From Ruditapes philippinarum (Eukaryota), in contig NW_026854867.1 in the NCBI RefSeq assembly GCF_026571515.1, positions 62,001 to 126,000 of the forward strand: a DNA stretch of 64,000 nucleotides, written 5' to 3'. Of the stretch, positions 41,310 through 55,538 are shown one piece after another. The number at the start of each line of letters is the position of its first letter. Position 1 is the stretch's first letter. Below the pieces are notes generated by a model. The model was not told the origin of the DNA, made no database searches, and saw only the letters and a list, made by a program, of their open reading frames with translations. Both the position numbers and the translations under genes were made by a program.

Positions 41310-41422
41310 TTAGTGTTAAGTGTCTTGCTCAAGAAAATAACGGCTTGCCCCTAACTGGCTTTGTGCCAACACGGCGAGCGATACATAGATGACTAGTCCG
41401 ACGCGCTAACCACTTGCCATAA
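41310..41422 (-). mobile_element. tRNA-derived SINE fragment (CORE-like)
   Basis: Minus strand tggcaagtggttagcgcgtcggact (A box) followed by ttcttgagcaagacacttaac. Confidence 0.5.
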
Positions 41423-42339
41423 TAATACTTTAATTTATTTATTATAAATATACATGCATAATAAGTACTATAATATAGTAATGATATTGTTATAAAGATA
41501 TTTATTTCGTGTACAAAATATGTTTCTATTTTCAAAATATGTTAGATAATAATATGACCGTTATAAAATAAGATTCTATTCTAAATATTGGCATCATTGT
41601 AACAAAATGTATTTTTACCATAATTCATGCGGTGTTGAGGTATACCAATTATGCGATACATATCGAAAATGGGTGCAAAACCTTAATAATTTTGATAAGA
41701 AATCAAAGGTACTGTACATTTATTCTGGGAATATCTGTATATACAACAATTACATACAAGCAACATACAACATATACAAATGTTAAAACAAATCAATATT
41801 TAAAAATTACGTATAGAACTTTAACAAATAATAGCGTTAAAATAACAACATGGAAACATGGAAACATTCAATACATTTTCACCCGAATAACGACTAATTT
41901 ACACTTGTGCTAGCAATCGGAATCCGGACCATTCAACCTTTCAGTTTCATCCAATAACAAGGAGGAAATCATTGAGGGTATGACCATAACCCCATGCTAT
42001 AATCACGAGTTATTGTCAATAAATGTGTAAGAAAAAGTTATTTTGTAAAGTCAGTAAAGGATGATTACCTGACTTATACTCATTGTTGGGACGGGGAAAA
42101 TATCTTGGATGGGACCCGTAAAAAAATGTTTTAAACCATTCATATTTGTTACATAAATTGTACACCATATATTAGCCTGCGTTCCAGTCTGTCATTCTTA
42201 TGTGTTTCTTTTCGGCTGATCGATATTATCAAAAAAAAAAACCGGACAAGTGTGAAATAACGCGTATGTATGTAATGAATAAGCAAAAGATATCAACGCC
42301 TGAATCCCAGGCGTACCATACATAAAACAAGTTTACGCC

Positions 42340-43385
42340 GCTACCTTCACAAAATAAAAGATCTCTCAAAGTGATCCTTTGCTTATATATCTTTTAAATA
42401 ACAAAAACTTCAGAAAAATTATAAAATAAAGAAAAAAAGTTGTCTGAAAGTGATTTTTTCTTTTTATATATCCTTTAAATGACAATAATTATCTTTAAAA
42501 CTTCATTAAATGCCGTTTTATTGTTAAAATAACATTTCTACAACATTACAATTTTTGGCCGTCAGGCAGCTGGGCTGCCAGGCCGCCAACTTCACAAAAA
42601 TGAGAAAATAAAAAAGTTCTCTGAAAGTGATTTTTTCTTTTTATATATCCTTTTAATAACAATAATTATCTTTAAAACTTCATTAAATGCCGTTTTAGTG
42701 TTAAAATAACATTTTTACATCATTAAAATTTTTGGCCGTCAGGCCGCTGGGCTGCCAGGCCGCCAACTTTACGAAAATTACAAAATAAAAAAGTTCTCTG
42801 AAAGTGATTTTTTCTTTTAATATATCCTTTAAATAACAAAAATTATCTTTAAAACTTCATTAAATGATGTTTTATTGTTAAAAAAAACAAAACATTTCTA
42901 CAACATTAAACTTTTTGGTCGCCAGGCCACCAGGCCGCTGGGCTGCCAACTTCACAAAAATGACAAAATAAAAAAGTTATCTGAAAGTGATTTTTTCTTT
43001 TGATATATCCTTTAAATGACAATAATTATCTTTAAAACTTCATTTAATGTCGTTTTATTGTTAAAATAACATTTCTACAACATAAATTTTTTTGGCCGTC
43101 AGGCTGCTGGGCTGCCAGGCCGCCAACTTTACAAAAATGAGAATGTAAAAAAGTTCTCTGAAAGTGATTTTTTCTTTTGAACTATCCTTTAAATAACACT
43201 AATTATCTTTAAAACTTCATTAAATGCCGTTTTAGTGTTAAAATAACATTTCTACAGCATTAAATTTTTGGCCGCTGGGCCGCCAACTTCACGCTGCTGG
43301 GTCGCCAACTTCACGCCGCCAGGCCGCTGGGCCGCTGGGCCGCCAACTTCACGCCGCCAGGCCGCTGGGCCACCAACTTCACACA
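42340..43385. repeat. ~179-bp satellite (about 5 units) with GC-rich core, ending in a GC-rich minisatellite
   Basis: ctgaaagtgatttttt recurs about every 179 bp; core ggccgtcaggccgctgggctgccaggccgccaactt; 43269-43382 built from the core motifs only. Confidence 0.9.
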
Positions 43386-44393
43386 TCTGACATTTATAGG
43401 AATTAACTATCATATTTTTTCAATATACGTCAATTATTTTGTTAAAATAATAAGTCACTGCACTATTATATTGTATATATTTATTTTTAGATATCTTTTA
43501 AAACAACAAAACAATAATACCTATCATTTTCAATTGCCTTTTTTTAACCTTGGGCGCAAACTTGACAATTTAAAAAAAAATCATTTTACAATTATTTATT
43601 ATAACTACATGTATAATACATGTAGTTATTATAAATAATTGAAACTATAAAAAAATAATATTTAAGTAATTTTAAGTGCATGAGGAAGAGCAGGATAATG
43701 CTGTTTTATGACGAAGAAAACATTGCAAATGACCTCAAACAACACATTTGTGTGAAAAAATTGCTCCGATCAAGTTTTTTCATGGGACAAGAAGGCACAT
43801 TTGTCTCATGCTTTTTAAGGTACAAGAAAGCACATTTGTCTCATGTCTTTTTTATGAATTGTTTGTACGGCATAATTTTATTAAGGTTCGCCGTTTCACC
43901 TCATGTCAAGTGTAATCATCAATAGGTTTGCTAATTTTTTTTTTAATAAAATCTTAAAAGTCTTAAACCTAAAAACTACAGTGGAACTATTTATTTTTAT
44001 ATCTCTTATTCAAGAAATTAATTAACTGAACCTAAAGGCGTACAATGAAACGTACGGAATCCGTTCAAGTACCCGATGGTTCAATGGTAAAAAAAAAATT
44101 GTTACGATGGTGAAACAACAATTGTACGATGGTGAAACAACGAAGGCACACTGATAAAAACGTTACGCTACAATGATGAAAATAGGACGTTACGATAATG
44201 AAACTGCGATGGCATAATATGGCATTACCTGGATTCATTTAGGAACTCATGCAGGTTGCAAGTGCTTTTTCAATGGCAGATCTGAAAGGAGCAATACTCG
44301 GATAATGGCGATATTTTTTTTATTTATAGATGAAAATATTCTGATAAACACAAAATACGTGGACGGTCTCATTTTCTTCCTTAGATCATTTAT

Positions 44394-44458
44394 GGGCCTC
44401 TGTGACCGAGTGATTTCTAAACACCACTTGCCCCTAACCGCTGTAGGTTTGACACTCC
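44394..44458 (+). mobile_element. Degenerate SINE head
   Basis: gggcctctgtgaccgagtg...cacttgcccctaaccgctgtaggtttga: degenerate A/B boxes. Confidence 0.4.
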
Positions 44459-47219
44459 TAAACTATCCCTTTAGAACGTAATATCTATCGCGTGCGTATT
44501 TTTTAGTATCGCGTAGCCAAGTAATAGCTATCGCGTGCGCACGTAATAGATAAGTCATATATACCCTTTATACTACCTTGTTGTTGTTTAGAATATATCT
44601 TAAATCATTTATAAAACTTTAATCATCGGAAAGAACGTCGTAAAATTAATAACGATAAAAATGGACTTGCTGCATAACTGTTTGGGTTCTTGATACTGCA
44701 CTGGTAGATTTTTTTTTCTGTAACATGCAGAACAGGGATATTCTTAATATATGATACCAATGCAGAGGTAGAAGTTTGTGATTGACCGTAAGTGACATAA
44801 AAACGGTATAAAAGAAAAATAAAGAAAACCCTGAACAAGTTATATCCAATTACAATATACTAAGCAGAAACAGCTGGATTGAGATAAATGGGATTAGAGT
44901 GTCCTTTCCATTGTGTGTCGAACACATCCGTCTCATTTCAAATTTGTAGCAAAAACAAATGTTTACGAACACATTGGTCACTCCTCGTGAGAGAAATGTG
45001 TTCCGAGACAAATGTTCTGCTACACAGCTGAACATTGCTTCGCAGCCATTTTACGCGTGCGAAAAACTTCGCCTATGCTCATTTAGAGTGTATTTATATA
45101 AAGCTATATATCTGTTTCACAAATTATTACTTCAAAGAATACTTCAAAAATGCTTGTATGATATAAACATGGTAGATAAAAGCAAATGACGCATGTACAA
45201 AATCATAAGTAAACTGATAAAATCCTAATTTGGATAGCAAATATTTTTTTACTCTTGATATGTACAATATTCATGTATGTTAAACAACAGGAAATTCTAT
45301 GTCACAACTTTTCGGGAATCAATCATATAATAATGAAAGCAATATAATTTTACTGTTGATAAATTTTATAAAAAAAGTATTTCATAAGATGTAGATTTAT
45401 ACCCTTTTAATAATTTATACACACGTATTATAACTGCGTAGGTGTCTGAGATATTAGCAAAGTTCACAAAACAGTGCCACAGGCTAAAATAATTACAAAC
45501 GTATTGACAGTTTATAAAGAAATATTTCAGTGTGAAATGAACGTTATGAAAATTTATTTAATAATTTATAGTATTAGTGTCTATTTTGCAACAGTACAAA
45601 AATATAACAAACACACGCATCAAGCGATATATAGTTTCAAACACAAAATAAAACGATTTTTGAACATCGAAGAATATATAAAATATGTACTGCAAATATT
45701 TGTGCATATAATATGTAATCATTAAAATGTGTGCATTCTTTTCATTTTCAAAATTTTACTGAAACTTTATAGAAAATAAATTGCTATCACCTCCTTTAAT
45801 GTACATGAAATGTTAAATTCGGTAATGCCTTTATAAATAATGCTTTTTGGAACCTACTTATATTGATTAATCTTAATTTGAGCATCAAATTTATGATTTT
45901 AAACAGTAAAAGAATGTGTTACAGGATCTTGAATATATGTGAAATAATATAAATCATTATATAAACGGGCAGATGGTTGTTTGTAAATTGAAATAGAATA
46001 TCAGATAATTATAGATTTTGATTGCAAACTATGATAATAATAATTTAAGATAGCAGGTCACTGATTGAATTCAATAGAATTGAACTGATGCCGTTACATG
46101 ATAAAAAATAAATACATAACAATAAGAGTTGTTTTGCATAAAATTTATAACTTATTTCTAAATTTGTCACAAATAATTTATTTTAATTGAACTTTTTGAT
46201 TTAAAGTGATAACAAGATTCAACTAGTGGTTAAATAGCCAATACTTTACCATCAGAAAACATTTCTACACTACCAGCAGGAGACACTTAGTTCATGATGG
46301 AAGTACCGTTTGGCATCTTTGTATTTTGTAAGTAACTTTTGTATATTTTTAATTATTAACACAACAACAAAAAATACTTTTCTTTCAAATTCATTGAAGT
46401 AAAATTTACTTGTTAGATACAAAGATGAAAAATATTAATTATTAGTTAAAAAATAGATAAAAAATAAAGGAGCATGCCTACAGATTAGATTCATTAAAAT
46501 TTTCAGAAATGTTTAAAAGAAAAAAATATTGTGACGCGAACAAGGATAGTTGTTTAAACGTTTCGTACTTAGTACTTGTTTTTCTCAAATTTGATTTTCT
46601 TGAAATATTTTGGTTCATCTGGAGGCACTTAGGATTCAGTGCTGTTCGTCAATTATTGGTGTTACCAAAGGACCGGTAAAACTCTCTCCTTTGAAAGTTA
46701 CAGAACTATGAAAAACTTTTCATGAAAAGTGACAAATTAAGAGCTGATTTAAAAAAAAATAATAACAAAAGATACGAACTACATTCATGTAGTGACTATA
46801 TATTGCTAACACATTGATATGTTACTTCTGAATTCTAATTCATAATTCTAAGTATTTAATACTGTAATTTGTGTAACTTACTGCATGATTTTTAAAGATT
46901 TTGTGAATTATGTGTTCATTCAAAAATTACTTTACTTATCCCTGAGTAAAATATTTTAATCACATAAATTAATTGAAATCGCTAATTTTCTGTTGAACAT
47001 GTCTAATTTGTATAAAAATTTATAAAGATAGTAAAGGAAACCGTGTTTCCTATAAAAGGTCAAGTAAAGTTTTTGTTTTGTTTTTTTTTTTCAATGGAAA
47101 AAAAAAGACTGCATGCTTTTGCTTCACGCTATATATTTTTTGTCACCACTTACCACCTAGTGTGGAATTTTAAACGCAATACTTTGTGTGTAGTCAAAAC
47201 GTAGAAATTGTAGCAATTA

Positions 47220-47580
47220 TTAAAGGGACTCCACTGAAGTTTGAAAGCCTAAAATCATAACATTTGAATTTCTTACATAAATAAGCTGGGCACTTTAAAC
47301 AGAAATATATGGAAAGATACTTAAGAAATATACTTTGAAATAAATTGACAATCGTATTTTTATGCTTTTCTTAGCCGATTTGAGTGAAAAGCGTTTAAAC
47401 GCTTTTCATTTTGGGTCATTTTTTACAATTTGTATACTAATTCTGGAAAAACGAAGTGCGCGAATGATCTGAAAGTTTGCACGAAGATAAGTGGTCTTAA
47501 CCTTAATCGAATAGTTCATTTATCTTGAAAAAATATTTTCAGTCCCACCATGTCAAAAAACCTCATTGGAGTCCCTTTAA
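47220..47580. mobile_element. Kolobok-type MITE, family 2
   Basis: TTAA|agggactcca ... tggagtccct|TTAA, perfect 10-bp TIR. Confidence 0.8.
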
Positions 47581-48275
47581 GATGCATACACGTGTACATA
47601 AATTTACGCCATAAACTATATTACGTCATACCGGGCTATTTGACGTCAACATCACTTCTGACGATTGATTTCATTTGTTTATAGCGAATATGTAGTTTTG
47701 TACAAATAAATCTAGATTATTAATACTTACCATAGATCGAACCTACACGTCTTTGTATTTGACTCCAACTTTCGCCATGGCGCCTATGTTATCAAATTTA
47801 TTGTCAAATTGCTCTTAGCGCAGCTGTAAAAATCCCGTCCCCCCGATACACAATCTGAAATGTCAAAATATAAATTATATTAAATCATGTTATCAATAAC
47901 AAATACTATCAATATTTTGTTAATATTCTCAAAAAAAGTAATTAAAATGCAAGAGATATCTATCCATTTGTTCAAAAGGACTTGGAATTGTTCTTATCAT
48001 TCTTTTTGTGGAAATATTTATCGGTATTTCTATATGTATCTGCAAAAAATTGATATAATACGTCTAGTCAGTATCACATAGCAACAATTTTAAATTGGTT
48101 AGTGCAATGATTCCAGCGCAAATTACGATGGTTCGACTTTGATTTCTTATGTTGAAAGTAAGCACTTTTCGCCATAGGCTCCATAATATAATTTTATTCG
48201 ATAAAGGTAGAATTGAACCTTAACTAATTAAATATCCTCTATAAGCTTTTTTGTATACTGTACATATATTTATAG

Positions 48276-51200
48276 GTGTCATCGTGACACTTTGTATGTC
48301 AGAAGATCTATCGGAAAAAATCAAAGGAGGCCGACCAGCAAGAAATGGAGACTTTAGTTTTGCTGTTAGAATAACGAAAAATGATGAATTTGTATGTAGT
48401 GGAATGTTGGTATCACGTTCCTTGGTTCTTACGAGGAAGGGTTGTATTGAAAAGTATGTACATTTCTAACCATTCAGCGTTATCGCGGTATTTCTATCAC
48501 ATGATTTGTTCCGTCATGTCTTTGCTATCGCAGGGAAACAGTTTATTATTTCTATAATAAAATTTTATTGCAACTGTATAATACATGTGAAAATAGAGTA
48601 ACACAACACAATTGTACATATAAGTAGAGTGAAAATGGATTGGGCTACAAGTTCTATTCAATTAGCAACAGCTCTTCCTACAAAGTCTAACTTTTATAAA
48701 AGCATAATTATATTTCAAGTAAGTATCATGAGAATACTTACAAATAACTGATTTTTAAAAGGAGTGACAAGTCCCCCAAACAAACATAAGACAAAACAAA
48801 AAACTCAAACAGCAAACATATAATTTTGGTATGGCAAAAAATATTGTTATATTGCTATACATGTACCACTTAGATTATCAAGGAATTAATAGCACAACAA
48901 ATGCAAAAGCCACAAAATGAAACATTTAAAAGAAGATAAAGAGAAAAATGCAAATGTTTCCCCTAAATAGCAGAGATAATGTCGACAGCGACAATTTGAA
49001 ATCGAATATAGCATGCGTTACACTTTACATTCATGTGAAGTATGTCGGTAGCTTAAGAAGACACCTTTATTGTGCAAGTTTCTATACAGATTTCACCACT
49101 ATACTTTGTAAAACTAAAAAGAAATGACAATATTATTCAGCTTTCACGGTGTCCCGTCAGGGCGATCGCGACACTCACAAAGACAATACAGAAATAACAA
49201 TGGTGTAATTACGAACGTACTATGATAGCAAAAAAAAAAGAAATAACGAAACCACGATGTTGAAAACTCTATATTATTTTCTGTTTTCGCCTTCATACTT
49301 CCGACCTTTTAAATCTTTGTTTCGTTATTTAAAAAAGCACTCAGCAGACTGTAACTTTTAATCGTTCAATTAATCACATTTAATGATCATTATTAACATA
49401 TATCCATAAACATTTTGTTTTACAGTGAGGTAGGGGACTACAAGATTCTGTTCTCGTCCCGTGCCACTCGACAAGTTAGATCTATACAGGTTAGTAATAC
49501 AAATATTCTATTGAATGTAATTTATTGAAAAAAAAACTGAAAATGATATCAATATTTCTGATTTATTGAAAAAATCATTTACATCAACCACTTTTTGCAC
49601 ATTAAAACTGTAGACGTCGCAAAACACTATGACACTTTTCGCAAATGATTTAATTTAGGATCAATTTGCTTTTAAACAGATAAAATAAATAAATAAATTT
49701 GTTTTAAATAGACAGACAAGAAGTACGACGAAATTATTCTTGCAAGACTGAATAAAAGAGTGCAGCGAACAAAAGACAATGTTCGACCATTTGACCGTTT
49801 CATCTGGAAAGGAGGTGAAAAACAAGTGGCTGACTGTAAAACTATCGGATTCTCAAGTATGTTCGTTTTCACATTCATAATGTTGATCTCGGCTTAACCC
49901 TTGCATATACCTTTTTTTCTAAACCATGATGTGTACCTAAATGATTTTCTTTAAGTCGCTTATTACTGATGATCCTTAGAAAACTTTTATTGATTTCGTA
50001 TTTCAGAAACGTCTGATCCGTGTATTTTTTAATCCGAAGTTCTTTAGTATTGATTTTATATGAGTCTCCTTCATGAGCACACATTATTCAAATTTAAAAA
50101 GAGTAAAATATAAAATTTGAACACCACATGTCTGCAAGAATTGTTAGGGATTGTTTTATGAATTTAAGCAATATTGTCAAAGGGACTCAACAGAGAATAG
50201 TTTCTCAAAATGTGTGTATAATTTGATAAAGGTCTGGACCAATAACTTATGTACACACATTCAGATCATTCACTCACCAGAAAAAATAAATTCATTGTGC
50301 AATTGACCCACAATTGAATAATATTTTTACGCTCTGAATTTTAATCGGACAAAGTATAGCAGTAAAGGCTATTTTCAAAATTGTTCTATATATTTCATGT
50401 TGATCGTTTGGAGACCTTTCCCTTTTTAAGTTAACTAGATTATTTATATAAATATTTAAATTAAATATTTTAATATTTTAGACATTTAATGAAGGCACCG
50501 TGTGACGAATATATGAATTTAAAAACTATAAGAATTCTTACATAATTATAAAGAAGTTGCTTTTCTTTTAATCATCACATATCTTTGTTGATAGTAGAGA
50601 AATCAAATTGAAAACAGAACATGTATCACCATAAATCATATTGGGGGTGGACAGATTAATTCGAATTACACTCCCATTGGTTATATTGATAATAACACTT
50701 TATTATGAAGAAAATATCCTTAAATACAAACCCTACAATAGTTTGTAACAAGAAACTCTTGATAGAAACTACTCTTTATCAAAATTGAGATGCATTGCTA
50801 AAGTGATGATTTTGCTACTGAACAATAACTATAAACACTCTATATATTAAATATTCTACGAAGGCAACGGGATTGCTTTGAAAGAAATAGGTACTAAGAT
50901 GAAGTGGAGTAAAAAGTGTGGACAATTCAACAAGGCTGTGTCTTTTTGCTTCGACGCGAATCAAGGAAGTATATGTGCAGTAAGTATAACAATGCTCAAG
51001 AAAATAAGTTGTTGAACCAACGATAATACGTTAAATAATTAAATATCATTTCTAAAGCCTATTTTACCTTAGAATCTTTTTTCGTTAGAGTTATCGGAAG
51101 CATGTTACTTTTTTGTCTAGTTAGAAATTCAAAAAGGTTATTCATTGGCAAATACTTGGACTATTATTTGAATCTGTTGCTTGTTTGCAGGTGGTACAGT

Positions 51201-53405
51201 TTTAGTGATTTGCAATGGTAAATGTATTTTGTGATTCGTTGTTTATATTTTGCTACGTTTATCAAAATATTACTTTACACCTAGTGTTACTTATTTTAGG
51301 TTATAAGAATTTAACATGATCTTAATTAATGCATTATTTTAATGTTGTAAACTGATGTTTGCTCTTTTTAGAGACGTAAAAAATATTTGTTTCTGTGGCA
51401 TAATGTTGCTTTAATGTAACTTTTTGGATGAAAATATAACGATTTTAACATATTAATAAGTAAAAACACCTCTCAGATCTGTCCATGACGAGTTGCAGCA
51501 ACAGCATATACATGTATACGAAATTACAGCCATATATTTCAAGGTGCTATTTAAACTAACAAATTCTAACAGGAAATATTATAGATTTTATTCGGCAAAT
51601 TTTATAATGCATGTTCAAAGTATGTGTATACTTTTTTTTCTAACTGCTTTAAATTTACTTCACATGATTACTCAAAATGTTTATCTTCTATTCATGATAT
51701 GACTACGATAAATACTGGTATTCAGATCCTAGAAATGAATAGTTTTATAGACAACATATATGTAATTTTGACATTTTTGTTATACTTCTCGGTATATGCA
51801 TCACGTTTCGGTCTCAGTTGTGAAACGCTTTTTATTTGATATTGAATTGCCTTGATACTCAGTCGTTAACCAGGCTCAGTAAAGCATATACTAAATTTTT
51901 TTTTTGATGTGACATCTTTATTCATTATTCCACTAGAAACGAGACTTCATTTTTTGGTAATTCTCTTGTGATAAATGCTTCCGAGGAATCATCCTTTTCC
52001 AGATCTTTCTTTTTCACAACATATGTTAGGTTGATGTTCATTAGCAAATAATACAAAGGTGCAAACATATAAAATTTAATAAGCACAAGTGATTTTTTCA
52101 TAGAAGATAAAGAACATAATATATTTTGATAGACAATGAATTATATCTCTTTCATTTAGGAAGACAATGGATCCCCAATCATTTGTAAATCAGGCCGTTC
52201 AAATGATAACAAGTGGTACCTTGTTGGCCTCACTTCTGTTGAAAAAAGATGCCAAGACAGCAACATCGAGGCTATCCGACTAACTTACTTCAAGAAGTAT
52301 ATCTTCAAGGTAAGCTTTTGTCTTTAAAAATCTGGTGATTTGTAAAAAGTTATATGTCTTTTTTATTATTTTTGTAAACATGTCGTTTCAATTAGAGAAG
52401 CAAATGTTTAAAATATGCACAAAATCTTACAATTTTAATATATATAAAGAGAATCTCAGAATCACTTATTACTATTTCAATATTGTATGAAATTGTATGC
52501 AATTGTACTCGCAAAAGTATAAAGCAATTGTCCGGAGGTATGAGAGGTGCTGGGAACGGACAGAGTCAAATCGAGTCTGCCATTTAATGTTTTTACTTTG
52601 CGTCTTTTTTCTAAACATATTTTCTGTAGATCTGACTCAGTACTGGAGCAGTACCTCGATCTAGACGCTTGCATAAAAGCTCACAAGGATTAGAAATATC
52701 TCATTTATCCCAGATTAAAAAAACATTTCATTCATTTTCGTATAAACATCTGTGTGAAGAGATGAATAAGACGTCTTAAAGTGCACGTTTGCGGTTGAAA
52801 AAGGGAGAGTTTAGCATTTGATCATTTGAGGGCATTGTCTGTTATATACCGGATTATTGTATTTAGTGTGGTGCTCCAACACTTCTTTTAGTCTCATTCA
52901 TTTTCTGTTGGACATACATAACATCTTAACGAAGCAACGGACAGAATATTTGACGTCAAAACTTGTATGATGTATCTATAATCAAGAACAAGGCCACGTT
53001 ATCTGTTGACATGTCCCCTCAAACACTATAAGGTCGATTCCTTCAATATAGAGTATAATATCTCAGCCTTCCTTAAAGTTTGTCCTTTAATTATCGCACT
53101 CAGGTTTGAAGAGGTATGGTGAAATGTGAGGCGGAACATGAAGGGAAATAACAAAGAAGGATTTGGTATTCTATTACACATTGTAACATTTTCTTACATA
53201 TTTGTAACAAGATTTCATAGAATATTGGTATATATATTGAAAGTCAAAAGTTTATCAGGTTGTTTATTTTGCGTTATCACGGGATCTGATGCAGATTTTG
53301 TGTTAGATTCGCAATAATTTAAGTTTATTTATTGCTATAGCAATTTGTGTAACACAGGAAGCAAAAAGACATGCAAAATCTCCAGACTGCCATCAATCCA
53401 TATAA
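48276..53405 (+). CDS. Trypsin-like (S1A) serine protease homologue, catalytically inactive; 5' exon unresolved
   Basis: Phase-compatible GT-AG exons 48276-48453, 49426-49489, 49712-49856, 50864-50979, 52160-52309 and probable last exon 53358-53405; IKGG activation site, CSGMLV..SLVLTRKGC, YDEIILARL, CKTIGF, ICAEDNGSPIIC, WYLVGLTS. Confidence 0.8.
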
Positions 53406-53423
53406 TTATAAACAATATATAAT

Positions 53424-54852
53424 TATACCCCTAAAAACGAAGTTTGGGGGGTATATAGGAGTCACCCGGTGGTCGATCGGTCGGTCGGTCCAGACGTCCG
53501 TTGCATTTTCCCTGTCCGGAGCATAACTTGAAGACTAATGGTTGGAATTCAATATAACTACATACAATGGTCAAGCACAATGAGAGAAAACGCAATGCAC
53601 AAGAAGCATAACTCTATCTTGAGTAATTACAGAGTTATTGCCCTTTGTTACTTTTCCTTGCCCTGGACATAACTTAAAAACTACTGGTTGGAATTAAAAA
53701 CAACTTCATACAATTGTCAAACACAAGAAGGGGAAGTGCAGTGCACAAGAACCATAACTCTATCTCAAGTAATTACAGAGGTATTGCCCTTTGTTACTTT
53801 TCAATTGCTTTCTTTTGTCCGGACCATAACTTGAAGACTTATTGTTGGATTTCATTATAACCTCATACAATGGTCAAGCACATTAAAAGGAAGTCCAATG
53901 CACAAGAACCATGACTCTATCTTGACTAATTACAGAGTTATTGCCCTTTGTTACTTTTCCTTTTCGGGGCATAACTTGAAAACTTCTGGTTGGAATTCAA
54001 AACAACTTCATACAATGGTCAAACACAATAAGGGGAAGTGCAGTGCATAAGAACCATAACTCTATCTAAAGTAATTACATAGTAATTGCCCTTTGTTACT
54101 TTTCCATTGCTTTTTTGTCCGGAGCATAACTTGAGGACTAATGCTTGGAATTCAATATAACTTTATACAATGGTTAAGCACATTGAGAGGAAATGCAGTG
54201 CACAGAACCATAAGTCCATCCGTAAAAAAGTACTAAAAATAGTTTTATGAACTTGAAATATGGGTAGATGGCGGAATAGAGTTTTCGCGCAACTAAGGTA
54301 AATGTCATTGTGGAGGTTCATTCTCCATTTATTATATTTTATAGATATAGATGTTGTGGTCTTGTCGTCTCTGAATGAAAGGATTTTAATGTTTCTTTCA
54401 TATATGAAATAACCATAGATGTAAAGTGTGTTGTGAATAAGACTCTTGTTTCTATGACTTAGGTCAGGTCACTGTGGGGGGTTCAAACTTTGTCAATTTT
54501 TATGTGAATATACATATAGGTAGAGATGATCTTGATGTCTGCTCTGAAACAAATATGCATGAAAAGATTATAGTTATATTTCATATATGAAACAATCATA
54601 TATGTATGATGTGTTGCCCTTAGTTCATGGTCACTGGGGTTTGAACTTTTTCAATATTTATGTTATATACATATAAATGGTGGATGTTTTGTCTGCTCTC
54701 TAACTTCTATATACATGAACATTTCAAATTTTATTAAAAAATATAAAGTCACCATAGATGGACAATGTGTTGTGAACAAGACTCTGGTTTCTTTGTCTAA
54801 CCTAAAGGTCACTGAGGGGGCATTAGCCACGTTCTGTGACAGCTCTTGTTTA
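53424..54852 (+). mobile_element. Helentron/HINE-like non-autonomous element with internal tandem repeats
   Basis: 5' ttatacccc...ggggtata hairpin followed by (GGTC)n microsatellite; five ~145/156-bp units at 53513-54215; 3' end gggggcattagccacgttctgtgacagctcttgtt. Confidence 0.7.
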
Positions 54853-55538
54853 TTTCCTCATCATTTACTTCCAATTTGAAATGTTTGTTCATTATCAACA
54901 CCTGCATAATATGTGATTAGCTTTATAAGCCTAGGTCCTTGGTTTCCATGAATGTTTTCATTCTGAACTTGAAATTTATATGAAAATTGTTATATATTAT
55001 TTTAATATTATGCTTAGTTGCTGTAAATAGTATAATCAAACATTGCTAATTTATAACTGTGCTATAATTTTTCTTTGTCGTCACTAACATCATGCATGAC
55101 AATGTCTAGCAAGAGTTCAAGATCTATCTCCTCTTTAGTTTCAGAATTGTTCTTTGATTTATATTTTGGTAACAACCACGGATGTTTAATGATTTACCCT
55201 CAGAGTGTATGTCAGTCCATTTATAAAAACTGTTTCTTGAGATCACTTTTTTAAGAATTTGGAACTTTACAAAAATATGTACTTAAAATAGAGAAAAGTT
55301 AAAACATTAGTTACACATATATTTATTCTGAGAAATCTCTTGATTAGCTGTTGAATTAACACAATTTCCTTACTTGGCATGAAAACGTTACACGTAACTA
55401 TGATACCGACAAAGTAAAAACTCAAAAGAGTTAAGTTCATCAATGACTTCCACAATGACATAATGGAATGGCAAATGGCCTTTGGGAATGTTGCTGCGGT
55501 TTGCTTTTAATAGTATGATAATTGTTTGCTTTTTTAAG

